A stretch of 35,302 bases of DNA from an uncultured Dehalococcoidia bacterium (GTDB lineage Bacteria; Chloroflexota; Dehalococcoidia; Lucifugimonadales; UBA3495). Each line of letters begins with the position of its first letter. The stretch's first letter is position 1. Shown here in pieces: positions 1-9,400 of the stretch. The stretch is from the NCBI GenBank assembly GCA_950072105.1, contig CATMOE010000039.1, positions 1-35,302 of the forward strand. Reading direction: 5' to 3'. The notes below the pieces were generated by a model. The model ran no database searches and was not told the origin of the DNA. It saw nothing but the letters and a program-made list of their open reading frames with translations. Both the position numbers and the translations under genes were made by a program.

Positions 1-1510
1 CGCGGCCACCGCTTGGGCGACACTTCCCGTCCCGGCGTAGTATTCGAAGGCGCGGCTTAAGGCGGAAAACGCTTCAGAAAGCTGATGTCCAACGCCGGTG
101 GCGGACTTGGCCCGGGCCAGTCCGAACAGCAGGGCCGCGGCCTCTTCGTCATTAGCCGGCTCTGGTCCGGATAGGTCTATGTCCCGGGCAACTAGTCCTC
201 GCTCAGAATAATCCAGCGCGTCTTCGTAGCCATAGGAAGCCAACGCACGATCCCCGGCCAACAACGAATAATGTACTAACTTCTCTTTGCCTACAGCCGT
301 CTGTGCCTCCCTAAAGTGATGAGCCAATTCGGCGGCGTGTGGTTCGACATCATCGCCGTAAATCTCTTCCAGGGTCTCTCCAATGGTGGCGTGGAGTCCC
401 GCTTTCCTGGTCTGGGACATCTCTTCCGCGAATTTTTCTCGAACGAGGGCATGGGTAAACTGATAGCGGCCCCGGGGCAACTCCTCGATGAGCAATGCCG
501 CCATCGCCTCCTGCAGCACCTCTCGGAGCCGGTCTTCAGACGTGTTCTCGACCAATGGGGCAATCAGGCTCGGCTCAAATTCCCGGCCGCTGACTGTCGC
601 GATGGTCAGGATATCGTTGCATTCGTCCGACAGGCTATTAAGCCGTCGGCCAATCACGTCTCTGACACCCTTGGGAATACGGCCGATCCACGTTTCTAGC
701 CCGGCGCCAGAGCCGGCAGTTAGGTCCCCTTCCTGCATCAGCAGCCGAATCACTTCTGTAATGAATAGGGGATTGCCCTCGGTCTGAGTGTAGACCGCCT
801 CCACGAGCTCCTCCGGTGGAGATAGACCGGCGGTTACTTCGATGAAACGGGCCACGTCATTCCGAGTGTGGCCCCGCAGGTTCACCCGGCGGAGCAGCCC
901 TCTACGGTCCAAGGCATCTAAACTTTGGGCCAAGGGGTGTTCCGGCGAAAGCTCCGCGTCCCGGTAGGCGCCGATCAGGAACAACTGGCTGGAGCCAATC
1001 TCCCGGGCCAGAAACTCCAGAAGCAGCAGAGACGACCGATCGGCCCATTGCAGGTCGTCCAGGACTAGCATGAGCGGTTTGTCTTGCGCCGCGTTCTTCA
1101 GGAAGGACGTGATGGAATCAAAGAGGCGGAAGCGGGCCTGGTCCGGTTCCACTTGGGGCGGTGTTCTCAACCCGGGCAATCGCTCCCGAACGTCGGCGAC
1201 GATCTCGGCGATGTGTTCGGCGCCGGCGCCCATCACCGACCGAAGCTCCTCTGGATCTTTCTCTCTTATGTAGGACCGGATGGCCTGCACCCAAGGCCAG
1301 TACGGCGGCACACCTTCCTCTTCATAGCACCGGCCCCAGAGCACCTGGGCTCCCGATGTTCGGCCAGCACACCCAATTCTTCGGCGGTCCGGGTCTTGCC
1401 GATGCCTGGCTCACCGGCCAGCATTACCAGCCTACCCTGCCCGGCCACGGCTTCCGCCACGTTCGCTTCCAGTTCGGCCAACTCGGTCTGGCGGCCAATG
1501 AAGACACGGG
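1..1510 (-). pseudogene. STAND/AAA_16-type ATPase with helical C-terminus, frameshifted and lacking an obvious N-terminal domain; runs off the window edge
   Basis: Minus strand reads VFIGRQTELAEL...LAGEPGIGKT (Walker A, ORF 1266..1481 frame). After a shift at a 3-G run (plus-strand ccc 1352-1354) it continues AQVLWGRCYEEEGVPPYWPW...LVLDDLQWAD (Walker B)...TEGNPLF...YQFTHALVRE to base 1. An in-frame TAG lies upstream at 1575-1577. Confidence 0.8.
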
Positions 1511-1792
1511 CTATGCTGCCAGGGGGATTGGACTCTACTATGGGGCCGCTGCAGCTATTCGTATAATTTGAGTGCTAGGAACCGGCATGGGGAAATAGTA
1601 CGTCGGAGCGGGCGGGATTGTCCACTGCGGGAGCCTGGGACGCTCCACATGATAAACTCCGCGCGGCGTAGCTTTGCCAGGTGTAGAATTGGTGGCGGAT
1701 CAGATGATTCGAGACCGAAATCTTCAGTTTCTGGCCGCCCATCGATAGACGGAGGGTGAGACCTTTCTTCACTTGCGATATTTGGAGATGTA

Positions 1793-2842
1793 ATGAAAAC
1801 CAGAGCCGCGATTCAGATCGCTCCAGGCGGCCAACTTTTGGTCGACGAACTGGAAGTCCCCGAACCAAGGGCAGATCAAGTCATAGTCAAACTTTACTCC
1901 AGCGGGGTCTGCCACTCCCAACTCCATCAGATGGAGAACGACAGCCTTCCCCGCCCTTTGGTGCTTGGCCATGAAGGGACCGGGATAGTGGCGCAGGTGG
2001 GCCGCGACGTGACCCACCTGAAGGAAGGAGACCACGCCATAGTGACTTGGGTCCCCAGAACACCCGTCAGGGGCCGGCCGGCGGCACTGCCTTCTGGCAT
2101 CACCTACCATGAAGAGCCGGTTCACGGCAGCACTTACACGTGGGGAGAAGATGTCCTGATCAGCGGTGATTACGTGGTGCCGATCCCCAAAGACGCCCCC
2201 ACCGACATCAGCTGTATCGTCGGGTGCGCCGTCCTCACCGGGGCCGGCGCGGTGCTGAACACGGCAAAGGTCCGGCCTGGGGACTCGGTGGCGGTGTACG
2301 GGGTCGGTGGCGTGGGTCTGTGTGCGATACAGATGGCCGCCATCTTGGAGGCTTATCCCATCATCGCCGTGGATCTCACGGACGAGAAGTTGCAACTGGC
2401 CCAAGAATTCGGGGCGACCCACATGGTGAACGCTTCCAAAGGGGACCCTGTTGAGGCCATCCAGGAGATTACCAGCGGCGGCGTGGACTACGCCTTTGAT
2501 GCCATCGGTTTAAAGATCACCAACGAGCAGATCCTGCCGTCGACCAGAGGCGGCGGCCCAGGCGCCGATAACCATGGCGGCATGGCGGTGCTGATCGGCC
2601 TGCCCGGATGGGACATCACGATAAATTCCCGGCTCTTTGTGACGCACCAACGGCAATACCGGGGCAGCCTGGGTGCGACCTACCCGGACAAGGACTTTGC
2701 TATGTTCTTGAGGTGGTACCAAGAAGGGAAGTTCCCACTGGATAAGTTGGTCACCCGCCGCTACAGGCTGGACGACATCAACGAAGCCTGCGACGCTCTG
2801 AAGGCCGGCGAGATTGCGGGCCGCGCCATAATCGAGTTTTAA
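1793..2842 (+). CDS. Zinc-dependent (MDR) alcohol dehydrogenase lacking the structural-zinc loop
   Basis: GVCHSQ, LGHEGTG, IVGCAVLTG, Rossmann GVGGVG; SD GGAG upstream. Confidence 0.9.
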   Translation: MKTRAAIQIAPGGQLLVDELEVPEPRADQVIVKLYSSGVCHSQLHQMENDSLPRPLVLGHEGTGIVAQVGRDVTHLKEGDHAIVTWVPRTPVRGRPAALPSGITYHEEPVHGSTYTWGEDVLISGDYVVPIPKDAPTDISCIVGCAVLTGAGAVLNTAKVRPGDSVAVYGVGGVGLCAIQMAAILEAYPIIAVDLTDEKLQLAQEFGATHMVNASKGDPVEAIQEITSGGVDYAFDAIGLKITNEQILPSTRGGGPGADNHGGMAVLIGLPGWDITINSRLFVTHQRQYRGSLGATYPDKDFAMFLRWYQEGKFPLDKLVTRRYRLDDINEACDALKAGEIAGRAIIEF

Positions 2843-2894
2843 CGTCCCAGGCGGTGTGGGGTTGCCGATACCCTTGCCGGGCCGCGTCCCCCAC

Positions 2895-2921
2895 GTCATT
2901 CCGGCGCAGGCTGGAATCCAG
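2895..2921. repeat. REP-like palindromic element
   Basis: GTC-ATTCCGGC-GCAG-GCTGGAAT-CCAG hairpin between convergent genes; resembles the widespread GTCATTCC(N)nGGAATCCAG palindrome type. Confidence 0.6.
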
Positions 2922-3019
2922 GGGATATTTCGGAATATGGTGAATGCCTAGGGGTAGCTACATCACTGGGTTCCCCTTCCGCGGAAGGGCGGGAAAGACG
3001 CGGACGAACGGACCGGATA

Positions 3020-4183
3020 CTAGCCGATGGGAACCTTGATGTACGGCACGTTCTTGGACGGGTCTATCGGCCGCCGTTCGATGAAGGCCGTCCGGCGTTC
3101 CCGGGCTTCCTCCGTTGCTTGGTAGTCGGGCATGTATTCCTGTATCGGGGTCATTGCCGGGTCCTGGAAATGGTCGTGGCGATTGAATGACATCTTCTGG
3201 GTCTGAAGAATTACCGGGCTGACATTCTTGATGTCGGCGATCCACCGGTCAACCTCGGCCCAAAGCCGGTCCGGCTCCACCACAATGTTGACCAATCCCA
3301 TGTCATAGGCCTGCTGGGCAGTGTACTGGCGGCACAACATCCAGATTTCCCGCGCCCGCTTTTGGCCCACCCTGGCCGCCAGCATGGCCACGGTATGACC
3401 GTTGGCCGGGCTGCCAACTCTCGGCCCAGTCTGTCCGAACCTGGATCTGGTGGTAGCAATGGTGAAGTCGCAGGTATAGGCCAAGATGTTTCCGGAACCG
3501 ATAGCGAAGCCGTCCACGGCTGCTATCACCGGCTGGGCCATCTGCTGAACCACCTGGCTATACCGCACCTCGGCCTCTCCCCGGTAGGCCGAGTGCTCTA
3601 ACTCCGGGTCGTAACTCTGGTCGTTGCCGGTGCAAAAGCCGTTGGGGCCGGCTCCGGAGATCACTACTACCCGGATGCTGGAATCGCCCGCGGCGTCTAA
3701 CAGGCTAGTGGCCATCTCATCCATGGTGATGCCCCGCTTGGCGTTATAGGTTTCCGGACGGTTCAGCAGCAGCCAAGCGACCCCGTCTTCTTTTTTGTAG
3801 ACAACGTCGGAATATGAGTCCGAGCCGATGATCGGCCCCAGGTAGTTTGAGAATTTCTGGTCCACCATGTCCAAGGCATCCCGGAACCCTTGGGTGAGTT
3901 GAGCCGAAGTCATTTCCGAGCGGGCCTCGGCGACTATCTCATCGTCGTTGCGGGTTGCTCGAAATCCTTTGGTGCCCAACCAGCGGGTGAATCCCCGGGT
4001 GAAATCGTGCACCGCAGGGCAGGCCTGGTGGTTGAAGGGCAGCCGCTGGCCATTGGCCAGATCGTCCACCGTGATGTTGAGTTGGGCCTGATTCCCGCTG
4101 GACGGAGTGGATAGATTGAAGTTAAATCTCACCCCCGCCTTGTCAAAAGTCGCGCTGGTTTCCATGTTGATGCTGGTTGACAT
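3020..4183 (-). CDS. MenB/BadI-like crotonase-family enzyme with an extra ~120-aa N-terminal domain
   Basis: LNRPETYNA, FCTGNDQ, GFAIGSG, FGQTGPRVGS, VGQKRAREIWMLCRQYTAQQAYDMGLVN; SD GAGG. Confidence 0.85.
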   Translation of the reverse strand: MSTSINMETSATFDKAGVRFNFNLSTPSSGNQAQLNITVDDLANGQRLPFNHQACPAVHDFTRGFTRWLGTKGFRATRNDDEIVAEARSEMTSAQLTQGFRDALDMVDQKFSNYLGPIIGSDSYSDVVYKKEDGVAWLLLNRPETYNAKRGITMDEMATSLLDAAGDSSIRVVVISGAGPNGFCTGNDQSYDPELEHSAYRGEAEVRYSQVVQQMAQPVIAAVDGFAIGSGNILAYTCDFTIATTRSRFGQTGPRVGSPANGHTVAMLAARVGQKRAREIWMLCRQYTAQQAYDMGLVNIVVEPDRLWAEVDRWIADIKNVSPVILQTQKMSFNRHDHFQDPAMTPIQEYMPDYQATEEARERRTAFIERRPIDPSKNVPYIKVPIG

Positions 4184-4262
4184 AAACCTCTCCGTGCCTC
4201 ATGGCAGAATGTGAGATGAAGCTTGTGCTTGAGACATTAACAAGTCTGGTCTGCTCTGGGAC

Positions 4263-5174
4263 TTACCGGACCGGGGGCCACATGATCCAGCCCCGGCGTC
4301 CGGTGTCGCGGGTGCGGATGAGGTGGCCTTGGCCGGAGGTGACGTAAAGGGTGCCCTGGTCGTAGTCGCCGAAGGCGCAGTTGGTGGGACCTTCCACGCC
4401 TACAGGCATAGGGTAGGTCTCCAGGACCCGGCCGGCCGGCGTCCAAACGTAGATCATAGGGCCGGGGCCGCTCACCCAGTTCCCGGCGGCGCCGACGATG
4501 TTGCCCTCGGAGTCCAGGCACATGCCGTCGATGGCCCGCTGCGGTCCCCGGTGGTCCCGCCCGAACTGGTGCAGCACGATGTATTCGCCCAGGGTGCCAT
4601 CGTCCTGGATCGGGTAGGACCTTAACTCCCGGTCACCATCGGGATCGGTCTGGATGATGTATAGGCTACGCTGGTCCGGAGAGATAAGCAGACCGTTGGT
4701 TCCCGTTGTGTCGAAGGTCATCTGCCGGCAGGTCCAGCTCCCGTCGGGCTGAGGGTCGGCCCGTAGTATGTCCTTGCGGGTCATCACCTGTACTTGGCTG
4801 GGGTCGATGTTTCCCGCGTTCCACGGGTTGCTGAACCAGATGCGTCCCTGACGGTCGATGGCAAGGTCGTTGGGTGTGTTGAGCGGTTGTCCGTCCAAAG
4901 AATCGACGATGGTTGTTGTGCCGCCGTCGGGTTCGAAGCGCACGATGGAGCGTCCGCCGGAGCAGCAACCGTATAGGCGGCCGTCCATGTCGAAAGCCAG
5001 GCCGTTGGTGTGGTTGGTGTTGTCGCGGTACACTTCACACTCGCCGGTTGCCGGGTCATAGGCCATGATGCGGCTGCCGGGAATGTAGGTGAACAGAAGC
5101 TTTTCCCCGTCCCAGGCGGGTCCTTCCGTCAACCGGCTGAATGGACCGGCTACATGTTCCCATTCCATTACCAT
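4263..5174 (-). CDS. SMP-30/gluconolactonase family protein
   Basis: LTEGPAWD, TNGLAFD, LNTPNDL, NGLLISPD, DGMCLD, PTNCAFG propeller motifs; SD GGAGG. Confidence 0.9.
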   Translation of the reverse strand: MVMEWEHVAGPFSRLTEGPAWDGEKLLFTYIPGSRIMAYDPATGECEVYRDNTNHTNGLAFDMDGRLYGCCSGGRSIVRFEPDGGTTTIVDSLDGQPLNTPNDLAIDRQGRIWFSNPWNAGNIDPSQVQVMTRKDILRADPQPDGSWTCRQMTFDTTGTNGLLISPDQRSLYIIQTDPDGDRELRSYPIQDDGTLGEYIVLHQFGRDHRGPQRAIDGMCLDSEGNIVGAAGNWVSGPGPMIYVWTPAGRVLETYPMPVGVEGPTNCAFGDYDQGTLYVTSGQGHLIRTRDTGRRGWIMWPPVR

Positions 5175-5233
5175 GAATTCCTCCCTAACGTTGTTGATTT
5201 AGCTCTTTAATAAGGTGAATCGAAGATTATCTG

Positions 5234-6127
5234 TTATCCGCTAGGGTTGGTTCTGGGATGGCGTTGGGCGAAGTCGTCGGCGATCTCATCGAACTTACAG
5301 AACCTAACTCCGGGATGGGACATCAAGTAGGCGGCCAGCCGCTCCAACATAAGTAATACCTGCGGCCGTCCGCTCACGTCTGGATGTATCGTGATGGGGA
5401 AAACCGCTTCATCGTACTCCCGGTAGATGTAGTCGAACTGGTCCCGCCACATCTGTTCTATGTCTCTGGGATTCACAAATCCGTGACTGTTGGGCGATTT
5501 CTTGATGAACATCATCGGAGGCAGATCGTCCAAGTACCAATTGGCGGGTATCTCGACCAAGTCGGTTTCTTGGCCCCTGACCAGGCCTTGCATCCAATCG
5601 CCGGCGGCTAGCGAAAAATCAATCTTCGTCCAACGGTCGCCGACTCTGACGTAGTAGCACTCAAAGTCCTTGTGCATCAGGCTGTGGTCGTACTTGATAC
5701 CGTGTTTCAGCAACAACTCATTTGTGACGTGGCTGAACTCCCACCAAGGGGCGACGTATCCGGTGGGCCGCTTCCCGGATATCTTGGTAATCAGGTCGAT
5801 GCACTTCACCAGGACCGCTTCTTCCTGCTCGGGAGACATGTCGATCGGGTTTTCATGGGAGTACCCATGCATCCCAATCTCGTGTCCGGCCTCGACTATC
5901 ATCGCCGTTTCTTTGGGGAATGTTTCGATGGAGTGGCCGGGGATGAACCAGGTGGTCTTTATTCCCAGCTTGTCGAACAGTTTAATCAGGCGAGGGGTGC
6001 CAACTTCCCCGGCGAATATGCCACGGGAGATATCATCGGGTGAGTTTTCACCGCCATACGACCCCAGCCACCCGGCGACGGCGTCCAAGTCTACCCCGAA
6101 GGCGCACAATATCTGCTTTTCGGCCAT
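5234..6127 (-). CDS. Polysaccharide deacetylase family protein (PgdA/PuuE-like)
   Basis: [43 protein letters not shown]. Confidence 0.9.
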   Translation of the reverse strand: MAEKQILCAFGVDLDAVAGWLGSYGGENSPDDISRGIFAGEVGTPRLIKLFDKLGIKTTWFIPGHSIETFPKETAMIVEAGHEIGMHGYSHENPIDMSPEQEEAVLVKCIDLITKISGKRPTGYVAPWWEFSHVTNELLLKHGIKYDHSLMHKDFECYYVRVGDRWTKIDFSLAAGDWMQGLVRGQETDLVEIPANWYLDDLPPMMFIKKSPNSHGFVNPRDIEQMWRDQFDYIYREYDEAVFPITIHPDVSGRPQVLLMLERLAAYLMSHPGVRFCKFDEIADDFAQRHPRTNPSG

Positions 6128-6469
6128 AACTACTTACCCCATGATCCGATTTAGCCGGCTGCACCGATGGAGACATGCCCGGCGATGACGGAGGAATGGT
6201 ACGTCGGAGTGGACGGCTTGTCCACCGGACTAGGCGGTTACCACGCCCGTTAATATGTAGGCAACAATGCACACGTTGATTCCTCTACGATTAGTTACTC
6301 GAAAACAGAAATCCTATGTGCGACAGGCTCGGCATGGTGTAAAATATAGTCATATAGGTATTGAACAAGATGGTAATTACATAGCCAACAGCATATAAAT
6401 TAGGAAGCAACGGTCTACCCGACGGGCCACGGGTAGCATGAGCCAGCTTAGTAGCAGCGGAGTGGGGCT

Positions 6470-9400
6470 ATGGTCAAGCGTGAAATCGAAGTTGATGAGT
6501 ATGGGTCGTGGATCTGGAAGGACGATAACGCCCGCGAGCCCAACTTGGTGCTCTTTATCCACGGCTACACCGGACACCCCGAAGCCACGTGGGCTAAGTT
6601 CCCATCTTTGATTCGGCAAGTTGATCAAGGATTCGACAGCGGTTTCGATGTGGCCTCGTTCGGCTATGAGTCTCATATGGTGCGCAACTCCCAGGGGATA
6701 GCTGATATTGCTGGGCGGCTGCTGACCTTTATAGACGCGCACGCTCACGAAAACAAGAACGTATTTATCATCGCGCATAGTTTAGGTGGATTGGTGACCC
6801 GCCGCTTTTTGATCGAAACGTTCAACAACTTGGCTCAGCGAGAGTTCTTCAAGAAGATACGAGATGTTCATTTTATAGGCGTGCCCCACATGGGAGCTTC
6901 GAGAGCACCGAGAGCTCTGCAAGGTATCAGAAAGATCAATCCCCTGGCTGCGGAACTACGTCGGAACAGTCCAGTATTATTAGATATCCTGCGGGCTTGG
7001 GATACCGTTGTTAAGTCATGCTCCCGGGGTAAGATCGCTCTGCCGAAAATCTTCAACTATGTCGGAAATCATGACTGGCTTGCTCCTATGAAGCAGGTCA
7101 TCGGTGAGTTCAACGCCCAGGAAAGCGTCCGGATAGTTGCCGGCAGTCATATTTCCATCGCAAAACCTCACAATAGTGAAAATGACTTATATAAGCTGGT
7201 CACACGCAACATTCTTTCCAGCGCCGAGACTCTAGCTACCACAGGCGATCTTCCACCCGCACCCTACCATGCCCGTCTGGTAGTGAAAGCGGACGACGAT
7301 GGTTACAACGCTCAGTGGGTGGAGCCGGAGGAGACCGACTCGTTCTCATTGATCCTGCCTCTGACCGCGGAAGACATGGCCGAGCTGCGCTGGTACTTGG
7401 AGACCTATCTCCAATTCCCCGGAGCCGGAGATTACGTCAGAGCCCACGGCATCGAAGCCAAGTTCGAATCCTGGGGCCAAAACCTATCCGAGGCTATCTT
7501 TGTTAACCGCGCCGGGCGCAAGATCCGAGATGGTCTAATGAAGGCGGCGAACGCACACAGTTCCAGCCTGCTGACCATCGGCGCATCCGACCCCAGCGTT
7601 CTGGGACAGCCCTGGGAGATGATGCGTGATGAAACCGCGCCACTCACATTCCAGGGAGTGACCATCCGCCGCCAGCTAGAGACCAGTAGTAAGGTCAACA
7701 AATTCGACATGAAACCGCCCCTCCGGGTGTTGCTAATCGTCAGCCGACCCAGCGATATCGGATTCATCGACCCTCGTAACAGCATCGCTCCCTTGCTCGA
7801 TGCTCTTGACGCCCTGCCTCCGGGCCAGGTATCCGTGGACTTTTGCGACCCGCCTACGCTGGCCGAACTGGAAGAGAGAATTTCTCAGGCGCGCAGAGAC
7901 AAACTGCCATATCACATTGTGCACTTCGATGGGCACGGCACTTACGTCCCACAGATCGGTGTGGGTGCCCTAGCATTTGAGAAGGACGACGCTACCACCG
8001 AATTGGTCACTGGTGCCCAACTTGGTGAAAAATTGGTCCGGCTTGAGGTGCCCCTGGTGCTGCTGGAGGCCTGCCGTGGCTCCGATCTTTCCGACAAGGA
8101 AATTTACGGCTCGGTGGCCCCGGCGTTGATCAAGAGCGGGGTGGGGAGCGTCATCGCCTTCAGCCATTCGGTCCACGTCGAGGCGGCCCGGCTGCTCGTG
8201 GAGCGTTTTTACCAGGCGCTGGTTGACGGCTTGACCATCGGCCAGTCCTTGGAAGAGGCCCGCGCCAAGCTCAACGCCAACCGCAAGCGTTGGCTGCACC
8301 AAGGTCCCAATCCCGAGACCATTGAACTGCAAGACTGGTTCATCCCCCAGCTTTACCAGGTGGGCGATGACCTAGCCTTGTTCCCCGGTGGACACAGCGC
8401 CGTCAGCGCAGCTACCTCACCGGTCGAAGAACCGGTCTCTGAGAATGGAACTTTAGAAGGCTTCCCGTTGCAGCCGATGTATCGTTTTCACGGTCGCGCA
8501 ATGGAGATGCTGCAGTTGGAGCGGGACTTCCGAAACTACCCCTCCGTGCTGCTCAGCGGAATGGGGGGTATGGGTAAGACCGCCCTAGCCCGGGAGGCCG
8601 CGGCCTGGTGGTTGCGTAAGGGGCGTTTCGACTCCGCCGTCTTCTGCAGCTTTGAGCAAAAAGTCGAGGCGGACCGGGTGGTCCAACTCATCGGTAAGGC
8701 CCTGGAGGGAGAGTCGTTCAGCTCTCGTCTCGCCGAGGACCAATGGGCCACCGCCGTCCGCCTCTTTCACCAGCGCAAGGTTCTGCTGGTCTGGGACAAT
8801 TTCGAGTCCACCCTGCCCATCTTCCAGAACGGCCAGCCGCCATCCACGGATAAGGAAACAACGGACGCCGTGGAGTCGCCCCTGGAGTTCGGCGCTGAAG
8901 AACGGGGCCGACTGCAGAGACTCTACCGGGAATTGACCGATGGGTCGCCGGAGGGCCGGCTTTTGGTTACTTGCCGTCCGGCAAACACCAACCTGCCCGC
9001 CATCAAAGAGTTGGCCCTGGAGGGGTTAGCCCGGCCCGACAGCCTGCACCTGCTGGCGGCAGTAACCGGCTTGAAGAACATCGCCACCGACCGGCCCGGC
9101 TGCGACCGGACGGAAATTGACGCCTTGCTGGACACCCTGGACGACCACCCCTTATCCATTCAGTTGGTGGCTCCCCATTTGGAAAAAATGACCCCAGCCC
9201 GAATCCGCTCGGAGTTCGGCACGCTGCTGAGCCGATTTGCCGACGAGAATGTCGACGAACCGCGAAACCGTTCCTTATTAGCCTCCATGGAGTTCTCCAA
9301 GACTCGGCTTAGCGAAGCCGCCCAGAAGGTGCTGCCATACCTGGCGTGGTTCGAGGGGGGTGTTTTCGAGCAGTTCCTATTGGACTTCGCCGAATTGGAA

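Noticed and set aside
1575..1760. DFGL- and RSDV-like words upstream of the ATPase pseudogene suggesting a decayed kinase domain
   Set aside because: They lie in different frames, with no HRD or APE motif; could be chance.
3020..4183. Assigning the symbol menB
   Set aside because: Active-site motifs diverge, there is an extra domain, and no menaquinone gene context.
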